From positions 1 through 46,327 of IMG/VR virus record IMGVR_UViG_3300020152_000031: 46,327 nt of DNA. One strand, written 5' to 3'. The notes below the pieces were generated by a model. That model did no database searches. It was not told the DNA's origin and worked only from the letters and a program-made list of their open reading frames with translations. This DNA is from a virus. This document shows positions 28,265 to 37,885 of this stretch, piece after piece; within the stretch, counting starts at the first letter, position 1; every line of letters starts with the position of its first letter. The position numbers and the translations under genes are program-made.

Positions 28265-30073
28265 ATGTCCAAAGCCATCCAGGCACTCCCAGCCTATCTC
28301 GGGGCTCCCATTGACGCGACACAGACGTCCTTTAGTATTCGCGGCCTAAAGGACACTCGAGGAAACTACATAACGTCCATGATAGGCGACGTGATGCACG
28401 CGACTATTGAGCCGCGCTCCACGACAAACCAGGAAATCGTCTCTTGGACAGGCATTACGGACAATGGAGGTGGCTACATCACGGTCACTGGCGTTACGCG
28501 TAACATCAACCCGCAGCCACCGTACGGAGGCCAGACGGGTACCATCGCGCACGCTTCTGGCGTTGAAATCATCCTTACGGACACCGCTAAGCGCTGGTCT
28601 GAGTACCCATCTACCGAGGAGACGGCAACCATCAACGACACGTGGACTTTCGCGGTGCGCCCGCTCATCACCGGCACTTCCGCTGACGTGACGGCCGTTG
28701 CTACCAAGCAGGACATCCTCGATGCCGCGCTCGGTTCCTTCCTCATCGGCTCCCTCATTGTCGATGGTGACGCACAGGGAGCGGTGACAGAGAACGCAGT
28801 ACTTTTCTGGGATACCGCTAACAGCGGTTGGGCTGTTGCGCATGCAAACGTGTCTGCTGAGGTATCGGGTACCAAGCTCGGTATCGCACAGGGCACCGCA
28901 AGCGATGGTATCGCCATTCCTGGTGGTGTGCTCATCCAGGGTCAGTCCGCTAACTTCAGCGGCCTCTCGGTAGGCCCGGTTTACATCTCTGATACCGGAA
29001 CCATCACAAACACACCTGGCACCATCTCAGTGCAGGTCGGTGTTGCGGTCTCAGCTACGACCGTCATCTTTGACCCATACATGGCCCGCACGCTCACTGC
29101 GGACCAGTCTGCTGCGCTTGCCGGTGGTGGAGATTACGGCACTCCATCTAGCTCAAACAAGTTCCTCACCGCAGCGACCATCGCGTCGACTACGATTTTC
29201 AAGATTCCAACCATCCAGACGTTCACGGCAAGTGGCACGAGCCATGGTGTGTCGGGTACACAGTTCGACATCACCAACCCAACGGGCACGACATGGCGTT
29301 ACACGTGGGATGGAACGGGCACTGACCCTAACATCAACTCAACCACCTTCCCTATAGGTGCACAGGTACGCATAAAGGACGTCTCTTCCTTCTTCTCGGG
29401 CAACCAGGGCATCTTTGCCATCACAGGCTCAGGGTCTAACTACTTCGAGGTTACGAACGCTTCTGGCAGCAGCCAAAGCAACGTACAGCTTGGAGGTGCG
29501 AACCAGATTACGGTCTACCAGAGCCAGACCTGGACCAAGCCAGCAGGTCTCAAGTACGTAGAAGTCGAAGTACTGGGTGGAGGCGCAGCGGGTCAGGAAG
29601 CAGGCGGAGACAGTGCAGGTGCCGGAGGTGGTGCCGGAGGTTACGCCCGCAAGCTCATCGCCGCAGCTTCTCTTGCTGCAACCGAGACTGTCAAAATTGG
29701 TATCGGCGGTTACTGGGGTGATACCACCTCTTCAGGCAACAGTAGGTACCAGCCATCCGCGACAACCTTTGGTTCTATCCTTACTGCAAACGGTGCGTCC
29801 AGTCAGACTGGCGGTACCGCTACAGGTGGTGATTTCAACATCCAGGGAGATTACGGTATCAGCCCTGTATCAAGCTCAACAGGTCCGACCGTTGGTGGTA
29901 ACGGTGCAAGTTCCCCGTATGGAACTGGCGGGCTTGGAAATAGTGGCTCAGGTGGAGATGCTCTTGGTTACGGCTCTGGTGGTGGTGGTGGTGAGAATGA
30001 TAGCAGCTCCGGTACCTTCTACGGAGGAGCGGGTGCAAACGGTCTTGTGGTGGTCAAGCACTTCTACTTCTAA
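28265..30073 (+). CDS. tail fibre protein with a Gly-rich C-terminal domain
   Basis: 602 aa. The C-terminal 270 aa are paralogous to 22934-23752 (TWRYTWDGTGTDPNINS..., WTKPAGLKYVEVEVLGGGAAG...). TATACT-N7-ATG lies upstream. Confidence 0.7.
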   Translation: MSKAIQALPAYLGAPIDATQTSFSIRGLKDTRGNYITSMIGDVMHATIEPRSTTNQEIVSWTGITDNGGGYITVTGVTRNINPQPPYGGQTGTIAHASGVEIILTDTAKRWSEYPSTEETATINDTWTFAVRPLITGTSADVTAVATKQDILDAALGSFLIGSLIVDGDAQGAVTENAVLFWDTANSGWAVAHANVSAEVSGTKLGIAQGTASDGIAIPGGVLIQGQSANFSGLSVGPVYISDTGTITNTPGTISVQVGVAVSATTVIFDPYMARTLTADQSAALAGGGDYGTPSSSNKFLTAATIASTTIFKIPTIQTFTASGTSHGVSGTQFDITNPTGTTWRYTWDGTGTDPNINSTTFPIGAQVRIKDVSSFFSGNQGIFAITGSGSNYFEVTNASGSSQSNVQLGGANQITVYQSQTWTKPAGLKYVEVEVLGGGAAGQEAGGDSAGAGGGAGGYARKLIAAASLAATETVKIGIGGYWGDTTSSGNSRYQPSATTFGSILTANGASSQTGGTATGGDFNIQGDYGISPVSSSTGPTVGGNGASSPYGTGGLGNSGSGGDALGYGSGGGGGENDSSSGTFYGGAGANGLVVVKHFYF

Positions 30074-30076
30074 AAC

Positions 30077-32350
30077 ATGGCTAAGAAATCAACCGGAAAA
30101 GTGCGGGTCAAGACCAAGAGCGGAAACACGCTCAACGTCAAAATTGGTTCTGACCTACACAGGAAGTACGGGACGAGTTCAAGCTCGTCGTCTTCTTCGA
30201 GCAAATCGTCTGGAAAGACGGTTACTCTTCGTGATGGCACCACCCTTACTGGAAAGGACGCACAGGATTACGGAACCGTCCCCACGTCTCAGATTCTCGC
30301 GCGCCGCTCAACAACCGCAGGAAGCAAGGGCTCTTCTGGTGTGGCGATGAAGGACTACCAGCTCAAGCCTGGCGAGAGCGTGGACGCGTACAACGCCCGT
30401 ATAGAGGGGCTTCGTGGTGCAGGTGGTCCGGTGACCACTCCGCCCGTACCTGTTGTGCAGACCACCTCTTCTGACCGCGCTACATTCAAGACCAACGCGC
30501 AGCGCCTAGAGGAGCTCATGCTCCAGCGTGCGATGACGCCCCCTGTTCCTGGCAGCGACGAGGATGAGGAGCAGAAGAAGGACATGGCCTGGTCCAAGAT
30601 GCGCATGCGTAAGGAAGGTCTCGACCCAAACGCCCCGGCAGCACCGGAGGGTTTTGACGTTGATTACGGAGGCCAGCTCGAGCTCGAGCGTCTTGATAAA
30701 GAAGAGAAGCGTCGCAAGTCTCTTTACGATAAGCAAAAGCGTCTCAACGACGCCACATACAACGCTACCCTTGATGACATCGCGAACACCTACTCAGGTC
30801 TTCGCCAGCAGATGGAGGCATCGAACAAGTCTTACTTGGGACAGATGAATCAGGCGGGATACGCAAGTGATGCGTTCCGGTACACGCCGCAGATTACCGC
30901 CGGTTCTATCTACAACGCAGAGCAGTACACCCTCTCTCGTCTTGAAGACCTCGCACAGCGTGAGAACGCAGAGGTAGCAAAAGCACGCCTTGCTCGCGAC
31001 AAGAACGACTACGATGCGCTTGCCAAGCACATGGACGAGCTCGATAAAATCGAGGAGGAGCGCGTCTCTGTCATCACGGAGCAGTACGACGAGTTCAAAA
31101 AGATTCAGGACGCCATTGTCGAGCAGGAAGAGAAGTCTACACGTGACAACGCCATCGCTGGTCTTGTTGCAGAGGGCATCACAAACCCTGCTCAGATTCT
31201 CGACTTCCTCAACTATGACGACGAGGGTAACCGTGTTGGTGACTTCACATTGAAGGAGGTGTCCGAGACCCTCGGTTTCCTCAAGATGCCCGAGCTCGGT
31301 GTCGCAGGTGCGTTCTCATTCGATGAGAAGACAACCGCCGCACTCCTTGGCGCAAACCTCACCATGACTGAGCTTTCTGCAATTCAGCAGGACCTCAACT
31401 CGGGTCTTCCTATTGAGACGATTCTTGGACCTGACAGCGGCCTCTCTCCAGAGCAGGCGGCAGCGGTCAAGAAGGCCCTTGGTGTCGACCCTACGCAGTC
31501 CGTCACTCCAGGTGTTGGTGCAGATGGCGACCCTATCAAGGAGCAGATGATTCGTACCCGTCTCTTCAACAAGCTCCAGACCATTTTGAACAAGGGTCCT
31601 CTCTCTGAGAGCGACGCTGAGCGTATCAACGGTGCCATCTCTACCTTCCGTGGTGCTGGCCTTTCAGAGCAGGAGATTCTTGATGAGCTCTCCGGCTTCT
31701 CGGTCGGCGTGAACTCTGCATACAACGGAGCGTTCCGTGACCTTATCGTCGCGAACACTGACACCAACGACCAGCAGAGCCAGCTCATGGGCAAAGTGTC
31801 CCAGCTCCTCTCTACCGGTAACTACATGGGCTCTATGACTGCTGTGGAGAACCAGGCGATGAAGAACGCGAAGAAGCTCGACCCAGACGGCTACATGGGC
31901 ACGAACACCGCGAAGACGTACCTCGCTAAAATCGACCGTGTGCGCACGCTTCTTGCCGACGCAGGCTTTGTCGGTCCTATCGAGGGTTCATACCAGAAGG
32001 TCCTCAAGCGATTCAAGAGCAAGGACGCTATCGCCCTTCAGGCCGCTATCGCTGACCTCACCGCAGACTTCCGTAACGACATCTCCGGTGCCGCAGTGAC
32101 TGAAGCTGAGGCGAAGTTCCTCGAGCCTCTCATCGCAGACCTCACGGATAGCAAGGCGAACTTCGGAGAGAAAATCAACGCCTTCCAGAATCGCATCATG
32201 ACCCAGGCGAACTCAACTCGTGAGAGCGTCTCGTTGCCGCCTGCATCGTATCGCCAGTTCCTTATCCCAGAGGAGCGCCTTCAGTTGTATTCTAACGATA
32301 CGAGCTCTGGCATCTTTACTCCTAAGAATGGCGGCGGCCTCGACATCTAA
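30077..32350 (+). CDS. internal virion / ejection protein candidate
   Basis: 757 aa, largely helical and charged, with a poly-Ser run near the N-terminus. It lies before the 1067-aa protein and the transglycosylase. Confidence 0.4.
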   Translation: MAKKSTGKVRVKTKSGNTLNVKIGSDLHRKYGTSSSSSSSSSKSSGKTVTLRDGTTLTGKDAQDYGTVPTSQILARRSTTAGSKGSSGVAMKDYQLKPGESVDAYNARIEGLRGAGGPVTTPPVPVVQTTSSDRATFKTNAQRLEELMLQRAMTPPVPGSDEDEEQKKDMAWSKMRMRKEGLDPNAPAAPEGFDVDYGGQLELERLDKEEKRRKSLYDKQKRLNDATYNATLDDIANTYSGLRQQMEASNKSYLGQMNQAGYASDAFRYTPQITAGSIYNAEQYTLSRLEDLAQRENAEVAKARLARDKNDYDALAKHMDELDKIEEERVSVITEQYDEFKKIQDAIVEQEEKSTRDNAIAGLVAEGITNPAQILDFLNYDDEGNRVGDFTLKEVSETLGFLKMPELGVAGAFSFDEKTTAALLGANLTMTELSAIQQDLNSGLPIETILGPDSGLSPEQAAAVKKALGVDPTQSVTPGVGADGDPIKEQMIRTRLFNKLQTILNKGPLSESDAERINGAISTFRGAGLSEQEILDELSGFSVGVNSAYNGAFRDLIVANTDTNDQQSQLMGKVSQLLSTGNYMGSMTAVENQAMKNAKKLDPDGYMGTNTAKTYLAKIDRVRTLLADAGFVGPIEGSYQKVLKRFKSKDAIALQAAIADLTADFRNDISGAAVTEAEAKFLEPLIADLTDSKANFGEKINAFQNRIMTQANSTRESVSLPPASYRQFLIPEERLQLYSNDTSSGIFTPKNGGGLDI

Positions 32351-32353
32351 ACC

Positions 32354-35300
32354 ATGACACCCGAAGACTACATCCTCCAGGTCAAAGAGAAGTTCGGCAC
32401 GCAGACCACGCGTGACGGCCAGCTCATCCGCGACATGAACGACCGTGCGCTGTTGAAGCGCATGATAGCTCGCTACCCAGACGATGCCACGAACATTGTC
32501 GGTCTTGACGCATACCTTTCTGAAGAGGAGCGCCAGAAGCTACCGCCCCAGCCAGATAACCCTGTTACCAAGGCTATTGGTGACGCGTATAAACGCGTGT
32601 CTGAGCGTGTTGGTGCCAAGGTCCAGGGCGAATGGCTCGGTGCGTTTGAGCAGGGACGAGAAGCAGTCGCTCGCGGTGCAGAGCGCTTTGCAGAGGGTGA
32701 TGGCACGTCTGTTGAAGGCCAGGTAGATAAGACCGGTGCCCTTCTTGAATCCGGCCTTGGTGTCGCGTCCGCAGGTGTACGTGGCCTCTTCGCTCCGCTT
32801 ACCGCAGTCATCCAGGAGACCATTGAGACCGCATCTGATGACCCGAACGTACAGAAGGCTGCGACGAGCAAGCCAGTAGGAGAGACCCTCGACACACTCG
32901 AGTGGGCTTCTGAGCCTGTCCGTGAGTGGGCAAAGGCAAACCCAGATGCCGCACGTAACCTCGTCGATGCCTTCACCGTTGCTACCGCTGGTGTGGGAGA
33001 AGGTGCTACAGGAACCCTCGGTGCTACACGCGTGGGTGCTCTTAGCCGTACGGTTGCTGATGAGGCAGTCGGTGCTGCTCGTGCAGGAACTCGTGTCGCA
33101 ACAGAGACCGTCACTGGTGCTGTTGATGATGCTACCCGCGCCGCACGCGAGCTTGCCGCTAAGAAGCGTGAAGAGCTCCAGAGCAAGGCAGTCGATGAGC
33201 TTGAGGCGACGTACGAGGAAATCCTCACCGGTACCGTATCTAAGAACAAGAAGTTCGACCGCTCACAGAGCGCAGCGCGCAACAAGAACAAGGCCGGTAC
33301 TGAGGGTCAGCCACCGCAGCGCATCCTTGCTGAGCAGGGCATCATCCCTAATCAGGAGGGTTCTCGTTTCCGCACGACGGACCAGGCTGAAGTCCTGCGT
33401 CGTAAAATCGCACCGCTTCGTGAGGCTAACCGCCGCGCACTCCGCGAGGTCCAGCAGTCCACTGACCCGGCAGACCTCTATGTCATCGAGGAGATGGCTA
33501 AGAAGATGGCCCAGAACTCTGACAACGTGAACGCGGGTACAGCAAAGGACCTCGTCAAAGAAATCGAGCAGGAGTTCGCAAACCTTCGTGAGCAGTACGG
33601 TGACACTGTGGTCCTTACGACCGCCGACGACATCAAGAGCGCACGTTGGGGCCAGACGAAGTTTGATAGCACTCGTCCGTTCCGTGGCGATGGCAACTAC
33701 CTCATCGGTAAGTCCTTCCAGCAGTACATCGAGGACGCAGCACGTGGCGCTGGCTTCGAGGACGTTGCACAGCTCAACCGCGTCATCGGTGACCGCCTTG
33801 AGGCAGCTCGAACGCTTCAGAGCCTCGATGGTCAAACGGTGAAGGGCGGACGCCTCGGTCGCTACATGGCCCGCATCAGCGGCGGTATCCTTGGCGCGCC
33901 AGGCGGCACGCTCGGCTCTATCCTCGGTATGGCAGGCGGTGACATGGTCGCTAACATCCTTATCTCCAACTCAGTTGCTGGTCCGGTGAAGCGCCTCATC
34001 TTGAAGGGCATGCAGGAGAGCAACCCAGTTGCATACGACCGCGCAGTGAAGTGGCTCGAGGATAAGGGCCTTGAGCGCGACATGCAGCTCCGCTTGCCTG
34101 CGGGTGACCCAAGCATCTCACCACTCAACAATGGTCTTCCTATCCAGGTAGCACCGGCTGGAGCTCGCATCGAGTACACCGGTCCTGGAGTGGTGGCTAC
34201 GGCCGGTCCGTCTGGTGTTGCTAAGACGGCTGCGCAGATGACCAAGGCAAACGGTGGCATCACCATTACGAAGAAGGGGGACATTCCTGAGGATGGTTTT
34301 GCGTTCGCGCCCCGCAAGGATACTGAGCGCATCATCCCGGCTGACCGATTCTCTGACAAGGACATAGATTCCTACATGCAGGAGTTCGACGAGGTCCTTG
34401 CGATGCCTGGAGCGCACTTCGGTTCGTGGGTAGACGATGGCAAGGTGTACATGGACGTCTCCATCGTCGCCAAGGACTTCAACGAAGCTATGCGCTTGGC
34501 GGAGGAGGCTGACCAGCTTGCGGTATTTGACTTATCAGCGTTCGAGACGCATTATCTAAATGATTATGAAAAGTCTAGTGGCTCTTATACCCGCCGAGGG
34601 GAAAACTCGGGAACAGCTCAAGAAGGAGATGCTAACGCAGCTCCGGGAGAAGGGCGTCCTGAAGGACCAGAAGGCGGAGCAGCCGTCATCCAAGAAGAAG
34701 TAATAGAGCCCGAGGGTTTTAGCTCGGGAGCTGTCCCTCAAACAGCACTCTCGCGAGACCCCTCACTCTCTGGAGAAGCCGCAGAGGTCCAGGAGCGCTC
34801 TATTGCTAAGTACGAAGCCGACCCGGAAGGGATGGTGGAGACGTACCTGGCTGATAACGGCAACGTCGTGAACACCGACGAGGCCCGCAAGTACTTCACT
34901 GACGTTGGCTATCGTGGCAGCAACTCTGCTGCGGTCCACAGCGCGTCTAAGGCTATTGCTACACGTGCGTTCAACGAGCTTCTGAGCAAATCAGAGCCGG
35001 GTCAGCATGTGTACTTCATGGCTGGTGGCTCAGGCGCGGGCAAGTCTACAGCGACCAAGGTGCTTGAGGAGGAGATGCGCAAGGCGGCCATGGTCGTCGA
35101 CGGCAACCTCTCTAAGTACGATTCAGCACGCAAGCAGATAAAGCAGGTAGAGGATGCGGGTCTCAATGTGACGATTCCGTACGTCTTCCGTGAGCCACGC
35201 GATGCCTGGGTCAACGGTGTCATCAAGCGCATGCTCGACCCTGAGCACCCAGACTTTGGCCGCGTTGTTCCGCTCAAGACATTCATTGAGAATACGACAG

Positions 35301-35557
35301 GAGCCCTTGACGTCGTACGTCGCCTGGCGAGCGAGGGTATCCCGTACGTGGGCTTCAAGAAGATGCCAGGTGAGATAGATACGCCCATCTCTATGGATGA
35401 GCTCAAGGAGCTTTCTATCCCGGTCGACATTGAGAACAAGCTCATTCAGGAGACTGAACGGCTTGCTCGAGACGGTGCCTTCACAAAGGAGCAGTACGAC
35501 GAGCTTCTTCGTGGCCTACCGCACACCGAGTTCGACGACTTGCAGAAAGCGCAATAG
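32354..35557 (+). CDS. large polyvalent virion protein candidate with a C-terminal zeta-toxin-like P-loop kinase domain
   Basis: 1067 aa. The Walker A HVYFMAGGSGAGKSTATKVL lies at about 35018-35050, followed by VVDGNL and a nucleotide-kinase-like remainder. Confidence 0.5.
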   Translation: MTPEDYILQVKEKFGTQTTRDGQLIRDMNDRALLKRMIARYPDDATNIVGLDAYLSEEERQKLPPQPDNPVTKAIGDAYKRVSERVGAKVQGEWLGAFEQGREAVARGAERFAEGDGTSVEGQVDKTGALLESGLGVASAGVRGLFAPLTAVIQETIETASDDPNVQKAATSKPVGETLDTLEWASEPVREWAKANPDAARNLVDAFTVATAGVGEGATGTLGATRVGALSRTVADEAVGAARAGTRVATETVTGAVDDATRAARELAAKKREELQSKAVDELEATYEEILTGTVSKNKKFDRSQSAARNKNKAGTEGQPPQRILAEQGIIPNQEGSRFRTTDQAEVLRRKIAPLREANRRALREVQQSTDPADLYVIEEMAKKMAQNSDNVNAGTAKDLVKEIEQEFANLREQYGDTVVLTTADDIKSARWGQTKFDSTRPFRGDGNYLIGKSFQQYIEDAARGAGFEDVAQLNRVIGDRLEAARTLQSLDGQTVKGGRLGRYMARISGGILGAPGGTLGSILGMAGGDMVANILISNSVAGPVKRLILKGMQESNPVAYDRAVKWLEDKGLERDMQLRLPAGDPSISPLNNGLPIQVAPAGARIEYTGPGVVATAGPSGVAKTAAQMTKANGGITITKKGDIPEDGFAFAPRKDTERIIPADRFSDKDIDSYMQEFDEVLAMPGAHFGSWVDDGKVYMDVSIVAKDFNEAMRLAEEADQLAVFDLSAFETHYLNDYEKSSGSYTRRGENSGTAQEGDANAAPGEGRPEGPEGGAAVIQEEVIEPEGFSSGAVPQTALSRDPSLSGEAAEVQERSIAKYEADPEGMVETYLADNGNVVNTDEARKYFTDVGYRGSNSAAVHSASKAIATRAFNELLSKSEPGQHVYFMAGGSGAGKSTATKVLEEEMRKAAMVVDGNLSKYDSARKQIKQVEDAGLNVTIPYVFREPRDAWVNGVIKRMLDPEHPDFGRVVPLKTFIENTTGALDVVRRLASEGIPYVGFKKMPGEIDTPISMDELKELSIPVDIENKLIQETERLARDGAFTKEQYDELLRGLPHTEFDDLQKAQ

Positions 35558-35576
35558 TAGGGTATAGTATTGCTAT

Positions 35577-35753
35577 ATGGCAAAGGAAATCACTCAGACA
35601 CAGAAGATAACGCACGACGGGCAGGGACGTCCGCTCAAGCCTGCTGTAGCTAAGGTGATGACCGACATGCTCAAGGCAAACCGCGAGATTTCTGCGAAGA
35701 GCGAGACCCTCGAGCAGATGCTCGCCCGCCAGGGTAAGAAGAAGACCGCCTAA
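35577..35753 (+). CDS. small basic protein, 58 aa, below the ORF-track cutoff
   Basis: Hand translation gives MAKEITQTQKITHDGQGRPLKPAVAKVMTDMLKANREISAKSETLEQMLARQGKKKTA. TATAGT lies 8 nt upstream and a terminator follows. Confidence 0.4.
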   Translation: MAKEITQTQKITHDGQGRPLKPAVAKVMTDMLKANREISAKSETLEQMLARQGKKKTA

Positions 35754-35766
35754 ACGGCGGTTTTCT
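35745..35766 (+). terminator. intrinsic terminator
   Basis: CCGCC (35746-35750), loop taaac, GGCGG (35756-35760), then ttttct. Confidence 0.6.
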
Positions 35767-35788
35767 CGTTTGGCACTATAATTACCCT

Positions 35789-36352
35789 ATGGCATACCGC
35801 TCTCTCGCCCAGCGAGGCATCCAGGCAGGCCCTCAGAGCTCCAAAATGGGCCTTAGCGGCTCTGTAGAGGACGTAATGAAGGGAATCGCTTATGTGGAGA
35901 CACGAGGCGCTCCTGACGCATATTCAAAGAAAGGGGTCGTGGTCAGCAAGGGCATGTACGCCGGAGACCGCGCGCTCGGCAAATACCAGGTCATGGGGAA
36001 GAACGTAGGACCCTGGACCAAGCAGTATCTGGGTGTCGAGATGACCCCGGAGCAGTTTATTGCAAACCCAGAAGCGCAGGAGAAACTGGCCCGTGCCCGC
36101 ATGAGCGAGCTGTTGCAGCAGTACGGCACCCCAGAAGACGTCGCCTCGGTCTGGTTTACCGGTAGGCCGCTTGCTAAGGCCGGTGGCTCGCCTCAAGACG
36201 ATACTGGTACCAGCAACAATGAGTACCAGGAGCTATTCAAAATCGGCATGGCAGGTCAGGGTGGCGCGGGCTCACAGGTGCGCCCAGCTATCGCAACCGC
36301 ACGTGGCGGCGGCGGATATATCCCTCTTGCTCAGCGCGGATACACCGCTTAG
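35789..36352 (+). CDS. lytic transglycosylase (SLT domain)
   Basis: GIAYVETRGAPDAYS...ALGKYQVM follows the E-S/T...GxxQ catalytic pattern of SLT family enzymes. TATAAT-N6-ATG lies upstream. Confidence 0.65.
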   Translation: MAYRSLAQRGIQAGPQSSKMGLSGSVEDVMKGIAYVETRGAPDAYSKKGVVVSKGMYAGDRALGKYQVMGKNVGPWTKQYLGVEMTPEQFIANPEAQEKLARARMSELLQQYGTPEDVASVWFTGRPLAKAGGSPQDDTGTSNNEYQELFKIGMAGQGGAGSQVRPAIATARGGGGYIPLAQRGYTA

Positions 36353-36771
36353 GGCTTCAAGGATGGTTGGAGGATGGTGAGGCACATGCCATTGGCGCAG
36401 CACACCATCGCATCTCCTATCGTCTCTGCTACCACGAAGACCCGGTTGAACTCTTCCGAGAAGTACTCATCGCCTGGGTAGTAGATTTTCACACCGTTGC
36501 GCTCCTTGAGATAAAAGTCTCGGGCATCGAACCATAGTACCGGAGTTTTTATGAGACCGGCTTCACCCATGACGACGGTGCGGCGGTACGGTATCCACTC
36601 AAGCTCGTTTTTTATACCGACCTTAGGAGAGTTGAACCCGAACAGCACGCGATTCATGTTGTCGATGAAGATTTGGCCTTCATACTCCTGCTCGTCCTTC
36701 TCGTAAACGAACACAGCTTTGTCCCCATGACGGGGTCGAGGGTGAGTGCGTCCATTAGTGAGGCTATCCAT
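36349..36771 (-). CDS. hypothetical protein, a lone reverse-strand gene inside the lysis region
   Basis: Trimmed to the ATG (MDSLTNGRTH...). CATAAT-N6-ATG and a degenerate box lie upstream. Confidence 0.5.
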   Translation of the reverse strand: MDSLTNGRTHPRPRHGDKAVFVYEKDEQEYEGQIFIDNMNRVLFGFNSPKVGIKNELEWIPYRRTVVMGEAGLIKTPVLWFDARDFYLKERNGVKIYYPGDEYFSEEFNRVFVVAETIGDAMVCCANGMCLTILQPSLKP

Positions 36772-36814
36772 GCTGTAATTATGCACATAAGTCAAGATGT
36801 TGGAAATCCTGGAC

Positions 36815-36823
36815 TGTGGATAC
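36815..36823 (-). promoter_or_regulatory. 1-mismatch box (GTATCCACA on the minus strand), upstream of 36349..36771
   Basis: The string ctgtggatacc is present in the divergent gap 36772-36840. Confidence 0.4.
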
Positions 36824-36840
36824 CGTAGTACAATTACCCC

Positions 36841-37881
36841 ATGATAGACGAAGACCTTATCGCTCCCGGGTCTGCCTTGCCCGACAACCGACCAGAAGAG
36901 GCACGTAAGAACGATTACAAGGACGAGGAAGTAATGCCGCCAGCAGGCGCAGGGGAAGTCGTACCCTTCAAGAACAAGCGTATTACCAAACTCACTGCCA
37001 CGGTCTTCAACCAGTGGTATGTAGGCTCATGTGTGCCGCACGGTTTCCTGACTGCGCTCGAGTACGAGGGAATCATTACCAAGGACGAGCTCAAGTCCCA
37101 GCTCCGCGCATACCGTAAGCGCAGCAACTACCCTGGAGAGGGCAGTATCGCCGTGGATATGTGGGACAAGATTCGTGGCGGCGTATCTCCGCTTGCAGAT
37201 GCTCCGACCAAGGAACGCATGACCGAGGCCCAGGCAGCAGCTATGCCTCTCGTGCTTGGTGACCCGGTGCTCAAGGACCGTTTCAACTATTACAACATCA
37301 CGGATTACAACCGTATCCCCGAGTACGTTGCTGCGGGTAAGGCTATCCCTGTTTTCTTCTACGCGACCAAGTCCGAGTGGTCTCGCGAGTACGTGCGCCT
37401 CATAGAGCCGAACCTCAACATCCATGATGCGTACGTGCGCCACTGCATCACTCTCGTGCCTAAGGGAGACTTCACCGAGGACGGTATCAAGTATCTAACC
37501 GTCCATGACAGTGCTGCGTTCGGTAACCGCCACCTACGCTACATGCCGCTCGACTTCTTGCTCAAGCGTTGTTACTACGCGGGCCGTGCAGAATCTAAGC
37601 AGCCGCCTGTCCCGGTAGAGCCGCCTGTCGTTGACCGTATCCCGGACGTGGCATGCAAGCTCAATGACCGGGGAGAGGCCGTGCTCGCGCTTCAGCGGTT
37701 CCTCTTTGATGACGGAAAACTCGCAGCACAGCACGTCACAGGCTTCTATGGTCCACTTACTGCAAAAGCAGTACTGTGGTACCAGCTCTCACGGTGGCAG
37801 AAGTTCAAGAGCACTATCCCTGAGCTCCTCGAGCTAAAGGGTGAGAGCTGGGGGCCGCAGTCTATCAACTCGCTAACGTAA
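36841..37881 (+). CDS. endolysin: papain-like Cys peptidase with a C-terminal peptidoglycan-binding domain
   Basis: NQWYVGSCVPHG has the Q-x5-C spacing seen in papain. VRHCITLV and YLTVHDSAAFGN are His/Asx-like motifs. The C-terminal GEAVLALQRFL...DGKL...TGFYGPLTAKAVLWYQ resembles PG_binding_1. TACAAT-N6-ATG lies upstream. Confidence 0.6.
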   Translation: MIDEDLIAPGSALPDNRPEEARKNDYKDEEVMPPAGAGEVVPFKNKRITKLTATVFNQWYVGSCVPHGFLTALEYEGIITKDELKSQLRAYRKRSNYPGEGSIAVDMWDKIRGGVSPLADAPTKERMTEAQAAAMPLVLGDPVLKDRFNYYNITDYNRIPEYVAAGKAIPVFFYATKSEWSREYVRLIEPNLNIHDAYVRHCITLVPKGDFTEDGIKYLTVHDSAAFGNRHLRYMPLDFLLKRCYYAGRAESKQPPVPVEPPVVDRIPDVACKLNDRGEAVLALQRFLFDDGKLAAQHVTGFYGPLTAKAVLWYQLSRWQKFKSTIPELLELKGESWGPQSINSLT

Positions 37882-37885
37882 CCAC

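Noticed and set aside
30170-30215. Poly-serine run (SSSSSSSSSKSS) near the start of 30077..32350 as a tandem DNA repeat or slippage tract.
   Set aside because: Mixed Ser codons (agt, tca, agc, tcg, tct) are used, so it is not a simple nucleotide repeat. It is low-complexity protein sequence.
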